DNA of 64,000 nt from Macrostomum lignano (Eukaryota), in assembly GCA_002269645.1 (NCBI GenBank), contig NIVC01003808.1, positions 11,940 through 75,939 on the forward strand, written 5' to 3'. The notes beneath the pieces were generated by a model, which made no database searches, was not told where the DNA came from, and worked only from the letters and a program-made list of their open reading frames with translations. Positions within the stretch are counted from its first letter, which is position 1. The number at the start of each line of letters is the position of its first letter. Positions 35,363 through 47,402 of this stretch are shown piece by piece. Position numbers and translations under genes: made by a program.

Positions 35363-35430
35363 TATTTATAGGCTGGCGGGCCGAAAAACTGGACCTCTTC
35401 GAAGCACTCCCCTCGCGCGTGGGGCGGGGC
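35363..35430 (-). promoter_or_regulatory. Candidate internal Pol II promoter (TATA + GC box) for the accessory ORF
   Basis: TATAAATA on the minus strand at 35370-35363 and GGGGCGGGGC at 35421-35430, about 85 nt upstream of the ATG at 35279. Confidence 0.4.
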
Positions 35431-35680
35431 ATGCCAGATTTGACAGATTTGACAACTAAATTTTTATGGATTTTCTATTTCTTTTTATAACTTTTTTTAT
35501 TTTTTGATAGATTTTCTTGAGTAAAGTATCAAATTAAAGATCGCATTTTGTAGATTAATATGGTATTTACAGATTCGCTCTATGTACAGCATGTCAAATT
35601 TTATAAGCAGATAAGTAATTTTAATACGGAATTTTAACTATTTAACACTGTTTCTTATGGGAAATTGCTTACGTCATGAT

Positions 35681-36163
35681 TTAAGGTGCTAAATATTTCG
35701 CGTAGCGCCTTCGGGGCACAAATCCTGTCGCGCCTTCTCTTTCTCTCCTTCGCTGAGTCATCCTAAAGTTATACCTATTCTCTGGCTGAACTCGTTCCTC
35801 CTCTAACTCTAATGCTCCTTCTTCTTCTTCTGATGGCTCATCTGAGTCAGTCGCTCTCTCTGTATTCTCACTGTTCAATTCTTCATTTCCTTCGTTTTCA
35901 CTCTGCGAATTCGGATCTGCGAATACTCTCCATTGAATTCTGTTTTCTTCGTCTGAGCTTTCCTCCTCTAAAATTTGAACTTCTGGAATTCTAACTTCTT
36001 TTTGTCTATGGCAAATTCTTTTCTTCGGCTTCGGCTGTTCCTTCTTCTTAGTTGACACTATTGCTGGTTCTAAATTATCATTATTAATTTCTTCTGGTAA
36101 ATCAATTTCGGATTTCGGCACTGGAGTCAGATTATTACTGTTTTTCTTCGAACAATTTTGCAA
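35681..36163 (-). pseudogene. Acidic ORF, possible remnant of the pol C-terminal tail
   Basis: E/S-rich and ending RYNFRMTQRRR...PRRRY, like the RYNLR..RRPxRY tails after Gypsy integrases. No catalytic domain is left. Confidence 0.4.
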
Positions 36164-36961
36164 ATTCTCACAGCTTCTCTTCGAAATCTCATCTTCATTT
36201 TATCTCATCTCAACTCAACAACTTCTCGACTCAATATCTCAACTCGACCCTGACCTCTCGAAAGCTTCTCTGCTGAACTCATGCCAGCTACAGCTCTACT
36301 GTCACGGGTCCTACAACTCTTAACAAATTCTCAAATCTCGAATCTCCTTCCGCTATCTCAGTTTGGCCTCGTCAGTAGAATCATAGAAATTCTGTATTAA
36401 TCTGCTCTTTAGGCCTTACTGCCCTTCCTTTCCTGCATGGCCTGACTCTCTGAACCTTTTTTGGCTCTTCTGAAAGCGTCATCGGCCTCTTCTTTCTGCC
36501 TTTGGCCAATCCGCAATTGGTCAGCATGCGTAGCTGTCCGCGCGTCATGCCAATCTCTGCAATCCAATCTTTTCGACAATTCTCTTCGCACAATTCTGCA
36601 CAGTTCTCTCAGCATCAACTTCTCGTCAACTTCTCTGAGTAAAATAATCTTCCTTCAATGTTTTCAGTCCGAAATTGCAGTTCCCTGGCTTTCCTAAATA
36701 AGTTTTTTAGTAAAACGGCCCTTTTAAGGTCAAACGGCCCTTTTAAGGGTCACCTTCCTAAAATTTAATTATTTTATTTCTTTTAGACAGCTTATTGCCT
36801 TGCAACATGCCAACAAAATACCTCTTAATCAAATGTTTTTGGGTTTTTCTGAATTTTTTATTCGTTTTTATATTTATGCATATATATTTGAAACATATTT
36901 ACAGATTTGCTTTACAGACACTTTTAATTTGCTGATTCGCTTGAGTTCGCTCACTTTCTGA

Positions 36962-37540
36962 TTATGGCGGCTTCTGCTGGGCGTACCGATTGAAGTTGAT
37001 TCGGCACTGGTGTCCTGCTTGAGGCCTAATGGGTCCTGGCTGGTTGCAGAAGAAGCAGTGACCAGGTGTCGGCTCTGGCCTGATTCCACTGAATCTGTTC
37101 AGGCGGCGCGGTCTTGGCACTGACTGCTGCTGCTGCCCTGTCTTTGGTTCTAGGCTAATGTTCGTTAGCACGAAGGTCAAGGTCATTAGACACTCTACTA
37201 ATGCATCAATTCCCTCTTTTCGGTTCTGCTGCTTCGGCTCAAATTCTTCGATTATTCGTCGCCTAATTTCCTGATACTGACTCTGCTCTTTTCTGTGACT
37301 GATTCGGCGTTTCAGTCCCTCTGGGATGTTTAGATTAGCAAAGAGAGCTTCCTTCTGTTTCTCGCCTGTAATCCCTTGGATTCTGCACTGCTGCTCAAAC
37401 GTGTTCATCCACTGCCTAATGTTCTGACCAGGTGTGAACTTTTCTACTTGCACTTCAGCCTCCTTCGATCCTAACTTGAGATGTTTCCTCAGTTCCTCTG
37501 CCAGCATGGCGATGGCATCATTAGCCTGATTCTGATTCAT
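36962..37540 (-). CDS. Gag-like protein (192 aa) with a degenerate zinc knuckle
   Basis: First ORF about 100 nt after the PBS. Capsid-like segment (VEKFTPGQNIRQWMNTFEQQC...KQKEALFANL) and CFFCNQPG...HQC. Confidence 0.7.
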   Translation of the reverse strand: MNQNQANDAIAMLAEELRKHLKLGSKEAEVQVEKFTPGQNIRQWMNTFEQQCRIQGITGEKQKEALFANLNIPEGLKRRISHRKEQSQYQEIRRRIIEEFEPKQQNRKEGIDALVECLMTLTFVLTNISLEPKTGQQQQSVPRPRRLNRFSGIRPEPTPGHCFFCNQPGPIRPQAGHQCRINFNRYAQQKPP

Positions 37541-37628
37541 CTTCTCTCTATGAAAAACTTTTCAAATTATTCTTCGGAATTCTTCTGAATCTAGTTTTGA
37601 GAGTTCGCGCCGTTTCTCTAATCCTTAT

Positions 37629-37639
37629 CGCTGCCACCA
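37629..37639 (-). other. Primer binding site (tRNA-Leu-like)
   Basis: TGGTGGCAGCG lies 2 nt from the 5' LTR and is complementary to the ...CGCUGCCACCA 3' end of animal tRNA-Leu(AAG/UAG). Confidence 0.75.
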
Positions 37640-37641
37640 GC

Positions 37642-38385
37642 TGTGACAGGCCTTTTGGCTCTGTCTTTCTAAACTTCTAACTATTAGTGTTTATTAAATA
37701 TCCTACGAGCTGCCACCAAAGTTGTTACAGGCCTTTCACCTCTTACTTTATCAATTTTAATCCCACCGATTTGCCAACTACAGTTATCCTGATTATACTT
37801 GCTTTTACTCCCTAACTATTTCTTAGAATTTCATTTAAATATTTCTGGGTAGCGTTCTTAGTAGCGTTTCTGGTAGCTTATGGCTTGCTTTCTGGTAGCG
37901 TTCTAGTAGCTTATGGCCTGAGCGGTCTAGTACTGGTATATGTATTAGTGTATAGTCCTAATCGGGCGTTCACCGAGACTAGAGGGTCACGGCGCCTCTC
38001 TTGGTATATCTCCAAGAATTAGTCCCAATTCCCTTCTCTTAGCAAATTTCTTAGAATCGTTTCACAGGTTTTGCAAATAAATAAGTCGCTATTTAGCTCA
38101 AAGACTTTGAAATGGTTTAGATTGAACTGCCTATTCTGTTCGCAATTATTTGCTCACGAGTAAAAGACAGTTAGAGTATATTTGTCGCGAAACCGCTCCT
38201 ATATATAGTGATTTCCCCCACATACGATTAAAACAAAAAAATAATTCTCCAATTTATTTCGCGCATTAAAACAAACTATTATTTGGCGTTCGCGTAGATT
38301 CAGTTTCTAAGAAAGATTCGAATATACAGTTATTACATTGAAAGAACATTTGAGTATACTATGATAAAGGCATAGCACTAGTACA
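37642..38385 (-). repeat. 5' LTR
   Basis: Direct repeat of 30793-31536, adjacent to the PBS. Confidence 0.95.
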
Positions 38386-38531
38386 CTACATACATTTCAT
38401 TGACAAATAATTTATAAAATCGCTTACTCGCACCTTCTGTTTCAAACAATATAACTAACAATGCACCTTGCTATGCAAAGAAAAAAACTACATATTGATT
38501 TTGGGATTTATTTTCATTTTAATAGAAGTTT

Positions 38532-38931
38532 TGGCAATTGTCAAGTTCCATTCGTTAAATTATTTTAACTCTAGAAAAGTATTATACAAACTGTTTTAAG
38601 TACAAATAACTACTTTTAAGAGACTTCAGTTTAATTAGGCACTAATTCTATGCTTTAAGTTCAAAACTTGTTGTAAATATAATATATCTGACATAGAAAA
38701 GCTGCAATAGTCTATGGCTAAAATGTTAACAAGTGAACAAGTCTTGATAGAAACAAATAAAAAGTATTATTATTGATGGTCAAACTGCCAATAAATAGCA
38801 AAAGCTTTAAAATATAGAATTAGTGCTTAATCAGGCTTGTCTCTTAAAAGTATTTATTTTTACTTGAAACAATTGGTATAATACTTTTCTGGAGTCAAAA
38901 TAATTTATTGAACAAAACTTGACAATTGCCA
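38532..38931. mobile_element. ~400-bp MITE, possibly Merlin-like
   Basis: Perfect TIR TGGCAATTGTCAAGTT / AACTTGACAATTGCCA flanked by AAGTTT on both sides. An alternative reading is GGCAA termini with an 8-bp (G/A)AAGTTTT TSD. Confidence 0.65.
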
Positions 38932-41900
38932 AAGTTTTTTATATTTGACTTTTATAGAAGTCATATATTGTAAGGCCTAATTATATATAGTAGTTGTTAT
39001 TATTATAGTTACCATATAAATAGCAAAACTTACTTTTAGGGTCAACGCATAAGATACATCTGGGCCTAGGGTCTTTATTTAATGTAACTAGGTGTTAAAG
39101 AATATTGAATTTATCAAGATTTTTTACTCCAAGATTTTATATTTTTTCAACAATACAATAGTCAATATGAGATTTGATCAAGATTTTAAGATATATAGGC
39201 CTAATTCAAATTAGACAAAGCTAAAAAATTGAAACTAGGCTTACCCATATAACTTTAGTTAAAATCATAACCTTTAGTTCATAAAAAAACATAGATTTTT
39301 TAGTTCATCATTTTTCTTAATATGGCTTAATCCATTAATATGGATGACACTATAATAGGTTGATTTTTGGTATTAATTTGATCGAATTTGAATACAATCT
39401 ACTTTGGTATAGCCACTTTGGTAACTGCTACTTTAGTAATAAAAAATGACCACTTTGGTAATAGCCACTTTAGTAACTAAGTAGATTTATGACTACCAAT
39501 ACTATATTTTTATGGTAATTAAGTTTAGGAACTATTAGTTTAATAGTTAACATTTAAACTATTTTATTGCCTAGTGTAGTTTAATTTTCTATTTAAACTA
39601 AATTATAATTTGTTTAAATTTGTGCATTACTTTATAACAAAAATTTAAAGGTGACAGAGAACAACATGCCAATGTCCAGTTGAAAGTTGAAATATTAAAG
39701 TGAATAAATATAAAATTATAAATGAAAAAAGTAGATTTGGTCAACAAAGTTGCTAACTCAAAGATTCTAATATATATTATATTTGGTCAACAAGATGTCT
39801 TAGTTTGTACATGTATCTAGTGCACCTAGAAATTAAAATGAAATTTTTTTGTAGATTAAAATATACATTGTTTTTAGCTTTAATCCAAATCTTCAAGTTT
39901 TCAAGAACCTATTAATCAATTGTTTTTTGTTGTTCTTTCTTTAAACTTTGTTTGTAAAATATTTTTTGAGCATATCAATCAATATATACTGCTATTTCCA
40001 CTTGTTATTGAAGTGGCTATTATCAAAATGGCTAAATCTAAATTATCTAAATATAACTGTATAAATAGCAAAATTATTATTTTTATGGTCATCGTACATA
40101 GAAATCACAATGGCTATTTTTACAGTCATGAGGAAAAATATCATTTAAATTAAAATGTAATAGTTAATATTTATCCATTGTATCAATTTGTTGATTTAAC
40201 ACATTTTTTTTTAAATTTAGTCACCTTATTGTTCTTATTTGCATTGTAAGCTTGTTATTTTATTTAGATGATATTTATTTTTTAAGTGTTGACTGTAAAA
40301 TAACTATCTCACTTTTATATAGTCACCATAATAATAACAACTGCTATTATATAAATAGGCAATCTACAACTACAAAATTATATGTTTGTTTAATATTAAT
40401 TTAGTATGAATTTTCTTAATAAAAGTAATAAAAGTTACATTTTGGCTAGCTACTTTCAAGCTGACTATGGTTTATAGAGAAATTTCAGCTGTGACTAAGC
40501 TACCAAGCTTTTATTTATAGAGTAATATAGCTTATAGAATTATATAAAATGTATTTTGGCTAGTTCATATAGTCCCTTTTGGAAAAAAGTTGTTAAATAG
40601 TAGATAGCTATCTAGCATATTTTCAGTATGACCCTGCAATGCAGTGCATTTTCTATTAGGCACAGTGTGGTGTAGCACAGTAGGATACTTTGTGTGTAGT
40701 GCTTAGAATCTATATCAAAATGGTCATATACAAAATTGACAAAATGTCAAAACATCAAAAGTTGGCAACATTTTTGGTATGCTCTGCATAGTAGTGCTGT
40801 TTTATTAGTGTGTTACCATTGCCAAAGCAATGGAGAATGTTAAAAACCTTTATTGTTACACCTTACTCCCAAATCTTATATATATGCTAGAAAATTCTGG
40901 CATGTAATGGGCATGAAAAAAATTGGTATAAAGTATCTGGCGTAAGACATAATCTGCCAGAATATTGTACTGCAGAGCTGGTATATAGCATAGCTGTTTG
41001 CATACAAAAGACCAAAATGTCATAATGCAAGACAGGGTTCTATAGTCCTGACTCCTATCTTGTTGCAAAGCAGAAAAGTCCTTTATTGTTCCAATGACTT
41101 TTTGATAATGTCTGGCATATGTATCATGAGTAAATTTGTTTTCTGGCATAAACCCAAATTTATAGTTTAGGGGATATGAAGTCTAGCTCCAAATGACTAA
41201 GAATAAGATTATTCAAGTGTGTGTATGAGCCTCGCAGGCTAGCTCAATCTTGGTTTGTAGCTTGTTGCTGGGGCACCAGGCCCCAGGGTTCTTTATTTAT
41301 TTCTCTGCTTCCCAGCTTGGGGGAATAAAACCAGCAGGCCTATGCTTGTTGGGGGAAAAGGGTGCAGATAGACCAACTTGTGCATAGGACTTGGACATGC
41401 ATTGGCTGTACAGTAATGACTGTAATTGCTAGACAAAGACATATGCCTGGTGGGAGTGCAAGTAACAGATAGACATTACAGAGGGGTCACACTTTCTAGT
41501 ATACCATGTAACAGATTTGATAATATAGTTATTGCAATGCTTCTTGGGCCTAGTGCACACACATAGTGACCTTGACCCTAGATACAACACATGTACCTTA
41601 GAGAATGACCCCATTGGTGCATTTTTGCAGGATCCTTGATGCATGTATATGCATTTTAAATTTATTCCAAAAGGGTATATAGTAGTAGGAGTAAAGCCCA
41701 AGTTTGGGCCAAGCCTACATTTGAAAAGTGAAACACTGCAGCCTTGGATTGCATACTATCAAGGTACCTATTATATTAGAATTATGTCTAGTGGCTAAAG
41801 TTTGGACTGCTAATTGCCTGCTAGTTTCTTTAAGACCCAAGAGTTTATATTCTAGTGTACCAATACCTATGTATATTGCCTATAGCTAGGAAATAAAAAG

Positions 41901-44293
41901 CAAAAAGAGTATAAAAAAAAGGAAAAGCTAGAAAAGTATCATATAAAATCTCAAAAATGAAAATAAAGTTAGCAAAAAATATACAACTTGTAAAAGTTGG
42001 TTCAAAAGACATCTAAGCAGATTAGGAAAAAGCTAAAAACTAAGCAAATAGATGAAGCAAAGCAACTTTTTAGAGATGAAAAAAGGCCAAGAAGGCTAAG
42101 GATCATGATCTATAAAAGCTAAGACAAGAACTTGCTAGGAAAAGACCTAGGAAGCCCAATTGCAGCACATAAGCATTTTGGTAGATGGCATCCAATGTGG
42201 ATCAGCCTGGCTTAGTGCACCATGGCATGGCAGCATGGTATAGAGCAGTGGGAGGCTAAAAAACATGAGGCACTTTCTCCTCCCCTATGCATTGTGCCAC
42301 TGCGGCGCAGTTAGGGTGTGGGTGTCTAGAGCACCTAAGCTATGCGCTGCTAGGAAGACAAGAAAATTGTAGAGGCTATGTATACATATTAGGTTTGCTT
42401 AATTTTATTACTTTTAGGTAGAAATGCACTTTTGTTTGCAGAAGTAAAACTACAAAAAATTTAAATTTGTATTGAGGTTTTAGTAAATATCCATGCTAGT
42501 AGTTGTTTAGTACTTGTAAATGTCAAAACAAGTATGGCCCAAAAAAGACTATGCCTTACTCCCATCAATGGGGGTTATGATCATGGCTGAAATTTGGCAA
42601 TCAAAACTGAATTATCTACAAGGCAAAAGCATCTTTTAGACCAAAAAAAGTGATTCTTTGTTTGAGTTTCTATGCTCAGTTTTTTTTCAATTTCAAAGCA
42701 TTTGCTTAGATAGTTGGGTCTATATTGTTTTTAACCACTGCTCCAAATTACAAATCTAGTATAATGAATATTACTTAAATCCACATTTATATAGGTAATT
42801 GGTAATTTAGTAATTTAGAAGATATTCAATAATTTATAAAAAAAATTGAAGAATACTTTTTAAAAATATTATTTAAAAATATTTGTTTAATAGTAATAAT
42901 TATTATTAAAAGGTTAATAAAACATGAAAAAAAGTAAAACAAAATAATAAAAATATAAATAATAATAATAATAAAATATTACTTTTAAATACTTTTTCTT
43001 TTTGGTTATGACTAGGATCTTGATTAAACAAGTTACAGTTTATTTGTAAAACAAACAACAAAACAGTTTCATTTTGTCTAAATAAACTACATATAACAAC
43101 TTTTTTTCGATATGTTTTTTCTAGTATATGTTGTCTTTCTATATTTTATAATAAATAATAGTTTGAATGTTTTATGTTTTGACCCCAATTGTAGCTAATG
43201 GCCATTATTGCAAATAATATCTGATATAGATTGGCCCCTTACAGTGGCACAATGTGCAATGATTTTGCACTGCATATGGTAATAGCATATCATGCAGGGT
43301 AGTGGCATAATGTATAGTTTGAGCACTAAGAAGGGGTGTCTTATACACCAAATTGCTAATCCTTGGGACTTGCACTAGTATAAGAAAGGGAAGGAAGGCA
43401 TCTAGTATAGTTCAGACCTTAACTGCAATAGAGGTCACGATTATCTTTAACTAGAATTACCTTATTGCTATTCATCGTTATTGTATCAACAGTATTTCAA
43501 AAAATATGATTCAAACCTCTAATAAGAAGAAGGTTTTCATTTTATTTATCTTCTAAATTGGCCAACAGTATGTTTTAATAGATTAATATATTATTTCTCA
43601 ACTGTTGACATGGTAATAATGTACTGTAGTTCTCATTATAAGATTTATTAAATATAAATAAAACATGAGTACAAATACATGAGAGAAAAAAGGAAAGTAT
43701 TATTTGTAGTTATGCTTGCACTTTTATAATATTCAGTTGTAGGTATCACTAATATTAGGGAATAACTTTGTTACATTATGTGAAATACCTAGCAGAGCTA
43801 GCCAATCTAGCCATATAGCAAGGGGCTTAGCCAATTTGTTCAGTTGGTATTTTGCATTTTTGGTCAAAAAGTAAGTTGCATGGCCAATATCAATTGGGAG
43901 GTTGCGCATATATGTATTTTTTTATGCAATAGTTTACTAGATATTTTTTTAGATTTGAACATTGGTAAAAAAGAGTATTGGTATTAGCTAGGGGTTAGAT
44001 AGATCTCAACCTCAAATGCATCTTTAATATCAAATCCCAATGTTAAATCTCAACTATCTTATCTCATTTTCCTATTTTGGTCTCAATATTGTCTTAAAAC
44101 ATAAATAAAGTTGAGGTTTAAGATTTTATATCTATAGCTTTCCCTTGCTCTATTAACCACATTCACCAACAGATACCACACCCATATACAGGCCTATAGT
44201 ACACATTAGCAATCTAGTGCCCCCCTTTGGGTCACCCAAAAAGCAAGAGGCAAAATATTTATGTGAATCCTATTTTCCTTGACACCTAAGCAA

Positions 44294-44533
44294 TCTATAT
44301 ACTAATTTTGCGCTGTTTCGTGCGTGCGTGCGTGCGTGCAATTGATTTTTTCGAGAATGGCTCAACCGATTCTCTTCAAACTTGCACCATTCGATCAGAA
44401 ATTTTCCTGGGATGGTGCATGCATCTTGGCTAAGAAATTGATTAATATTAAAGGGATGAAATATTCGAAAAACATGATTTTTTGCAAAGGTCAAGCAGCT
44501 CTTTCGACCTGAAAGGCATTGTAAGAATGCTAG
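44294..44533 (+). mobile_element. Short Helitron-like (Lep1/DINE-type) non-autonomous element
   Basis: A|TCTATATACTAA start, internal (GCGT)n microsatellite, then TGGCTCAACCGATT, ending in a GCATT..AATGC hairpin and CTAG. The base after CTAG is A, not the canonical T. Confidence 0.5.
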
Positions 44534-44770
44534 AGAAAAACCTGACTGACTGAATTTCAATTCTGATAAAGATTGCATCACAGCAAGTTGAAAACAGTGC
44601 CAAAGAAATGCACACACGACTTGATTTAAATTGCGTAACCATACTGCTAACTTAAATTGAGACTGATACTGGCTGACTGAGAAATTGATTATGTCATAAC
44701 TTTTTACTCTAACCGATTTGCTATAATAATTGAATTATAAGGGCCACAATTCATGTTCTCCAATCGACAA

Positions 44771-44838
44771 GAGATAGCCTAGATGCGAGCAGACTGGACT
44801 GCTAATTCAGCGACCTGGGTTTGAATCTTAGTAGTGCA
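44771..44838 (+). pseudogene. Degenerate tRNA(Ser-GCT)-like / SINE-head fragment
   Basis: TAGCCTAG A-box-like motif, TGGACTGCTAATTCA anticodon-arm-like motif and decayed B-box GGGTTTGAATC. It cannot form a full cloverleaf. Confidence 0.3.
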
Positions 44839-44934
44839 AAATAATTTTTTTATTAAAACATCCTAAAAACAAAATGCTAAATATAAAAGAAGCACAAACA
44901 AAACAAGTCAAACAAAAGTGGCACCATTTCAAAC

Positions 44935-45460
44935 ATTAAAGGCCACCATGTCAAACATATATGTGACTCCATTTCTAACATTAAAGAGCCACCATGTCAA
45001 ACATATGTGACTCCATGTCTAACATTAAAGAGCCACCATATCAAACATTAAAGAGCCACCATGTCAAACATTAAAGAGCCACCATGTCAAACATCAAAGA
45101 GCCACAATGTCGAACATTAAAGAGCCACCATGGAGAACATTAAAGAGCCACCGTGGAGAACATTAAAGAGCCACCAAGTCGAACATTAAAGAGCCACCAT
45201 GTCGAACATTAAAGAGCAACCATGTCGAACATTAAAGAGCCACCATGTCGAACATTAAAGAGCCACTATGGTGAACATTAAAAAGCCATCCTTACAGACA
45301 TTAAAGAGCCACCACGTCGAACATTAAAGAGCCACCATGTCGAACATAAAAGAGCCACAATGTCGAACATTAAAGAGCCATCATTACAGACATTAAGGTG
45401 CCACCAGGTCAAACATTAAAGAGCCACATGTCAAACACAAAACAGCTACCATGTCAAACA
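44935..45460. repeat. 23-bp minisatellite
   Basis: Unit CATTAAAGAGCCACCATGTCGAA. Confidence 0.9.
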
Positions 45461-45469
45461 TAAATGGGG

Positions 45470-45825
45470 TGCCTACTATCTTGGAGTGCTTGCTATCTGG
45501 AGATGCGTGCTATCTGGGGATGCTTGCTATCTGGGGGTGCTTGCTATCTGGGGGTGCTTGCTATCTGGGGGTGCTTGCTATCTAAGGGTGCTTGCTATTA
45601 GGTGGATGCTTGCTATCTGGGGTCCCTGCTATCTTGGAGTGCTTGCTATCTGGAGATGCGCGCTATCTGGGGGTGCGTGCTATCTGGGGGTGCTTGCTAT
45701 CTGGGGGTGCTTGCTTTCTAAAGGTGCTTGCTATTAGGTGGATGCTTGCTATCTTGAGGTGCTTGCTATTAGGTGGATGCTTGCTATCTGGGGTGCCTGC
45801 TATCTGGGGGTGCTTGCTATCTGGA
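45470..45825. repeat. 17-bp minisatellite with a ~148-bp higher-order duplication
   Basis: Unit GGGGGTGCTTGCTATCT; the block starting cctactatcttggagtgc recurs near 45625. Confidence 0.88.
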
Positions 45826-46090
45826 GGGTTGCTGTCCTGGGATGTTTTCTTTTTGCATTGCACTTCATTTGAGCAGGTTTTCTATTGTCTATGTGAAGGC
45901 TTTATTTGGCCTTTTTGATACTTGTAGAGAGCCAGAGATTGTATCTAGATGCCCCCCATTGGGGGGCGAAGATTGCTAGTCCCCCCTAAAAGCCTTGGCA
46001 TTTCAATAAATATAAATATTCTATATAATAATTGAGTCAGTAAACAATTCACTTAAAAAAATTATGTATAACAATGTATGTGTGAACATA

Positions 46091-46356
46091 CATGCGCAAC
46101 AGTCGGCCGAGTCGGCCGATCCGGCCGACTGATTTGGCAGCCAACCAAGGAAGTCGCAAAAATGCCCACCCAAAAAATACCCACGCAGTAGTACTAAGTA
46201 GCTGACGAGGCATTTTTGCCTGATAAGACAGTCATAGTTACTCCCGCCGTTTACCCAAAGTTGCGTTAATTTTGCTTTAGGGTTTTTTTACATGTAAGTC
46301 GCATTTTTTGTTAAAACTAAGTCGCACGGCCGACCGAATTTTGGACGTTGCGCATG
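46091..46356. mobile_element. 266-bp MITE with TA TSD (Tc1/mariner-type)
   Basis: TIR CATGCGCAAC / GTTGCGCATG flanked by TA within a palindromic AACA-TA-TGTT target. The interior matches 18695-18825. Confidence 0.7.
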
Positions 46357-47402
46357 TATGTTATATATTGTGATGATCAATATGCAATACAATGTACATA
46401 ATGCTAGAAGGGCCAAAGCTCAAGCCGATTGGCTGCAGAGGACAGAAGAACTGATTGGAGTGGGGGTTTAAATATTGCAAGGGCCGAAGGGTTAAGTTGG
46501 CTGGCGGGAGAGAGAGTACATTGAACAGTGGGGCTGACAAGAGTGTGCAGCGCACGGGGACAGCTCACAGTATGTATCTAATATTATTTTTTGCATACAA
46601 AGACTAAGTATATTATTGTAAATGGCAATAATATTATAGGTTAAATTAAAATAAAGACAACAAAAACTAGGCTTATGTTTTATGATTGAAGACATTAGAG
46701 AAAAGGTAATTGTTGTGTCTAGTAACTGATGTATTTGTCTTGTTGCAGATTATCTCTTATGGCTGATATTGCTTTTTAATAAATGCACTTCATGTCCCCC
46801 TCCAAATGGGAACATCGGACAAGTATAGCAAAACAGTTAAATTATGTCAGTAAACAGTAAATGCACGCCAACTAGGGTCAATCTTAGCTAGTTCATGCCA
46901 TAGCAAGTTTATGGTGCAAATCTGTTAGGTTGCTGCCTAATGCGTGAGCTTCATCTCAGCGTAAACATTGGATGCTGTCCATTGTCATCCGGGGTCATTG
47001 CCGGTGTAGCAGTAATCTTAAAGAGAAGTTAATGGTTTTTTAGCTAATAAAATAACAAACCAATGTACAAGGTTTTTTATGATAAAATTTTTTTTATAAT
47101 ATTAAAGTTCTAAAGTACAGCATTGATTAAATGTTCAAAAATTATATTCTTTTAGTTAGGATATCATTTTTAATTTTTTAAAGAAAATGCTTATCTACTT
47201 CTGTGGCTAAAGTTGCAGTATAAGAAACCTCTATAGGTTTATTAATAAAATCTCTATGACTCCTGACTGGTCCATGTTAAGCGAAACTTAGTGTACTTTT
47301 ATTTATGCATGACTAAAACCGTCTTGCCAATCAGACAATCCGTCCATTGAAAGCCAACATTCGCTATCGATAGCAGCAGAACAATAAAGCCATTGTAAGG
47401 CC

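Larger units (their letters stand above)
30793..38385 (-). mobile_element. Non-autonomous LTR retrotransposon (Gypsy/Ty3-like)
   Basis: 744-bp LTRs at 30793-31536 and 37642-38385 (TGT...ACA; three mismatches seen). TSD CTAC at 30789-30792 and 38386-38389. PBS TGGTGGCAGCG on the minus strand next to the 5' LTR and PPT TAGAGGAGGAAAGT next to the 3' LTR. A gag-like ORF is present; no RT, RNase H or integrase ORF is visible. Confidence 0.93.
29816..38520. mobile_element. Old foldback element (~160-bp inverted arms), host of nested insertions
   Basis: The left arm 29816-29974 is the reverse complement of 30769-30792 joined to 38386-38520. The right arm is split by the LTR element. Confidence 0.75.

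Noticed and set aside
40856-41701. 97- and 90-aa ORFs in the decayed block (possible transposase remnants)
   Set aside because: No motif that I can assign. They lie in heavily mutated CpG-depleted DNA and would need a tblastn/HMM hit.
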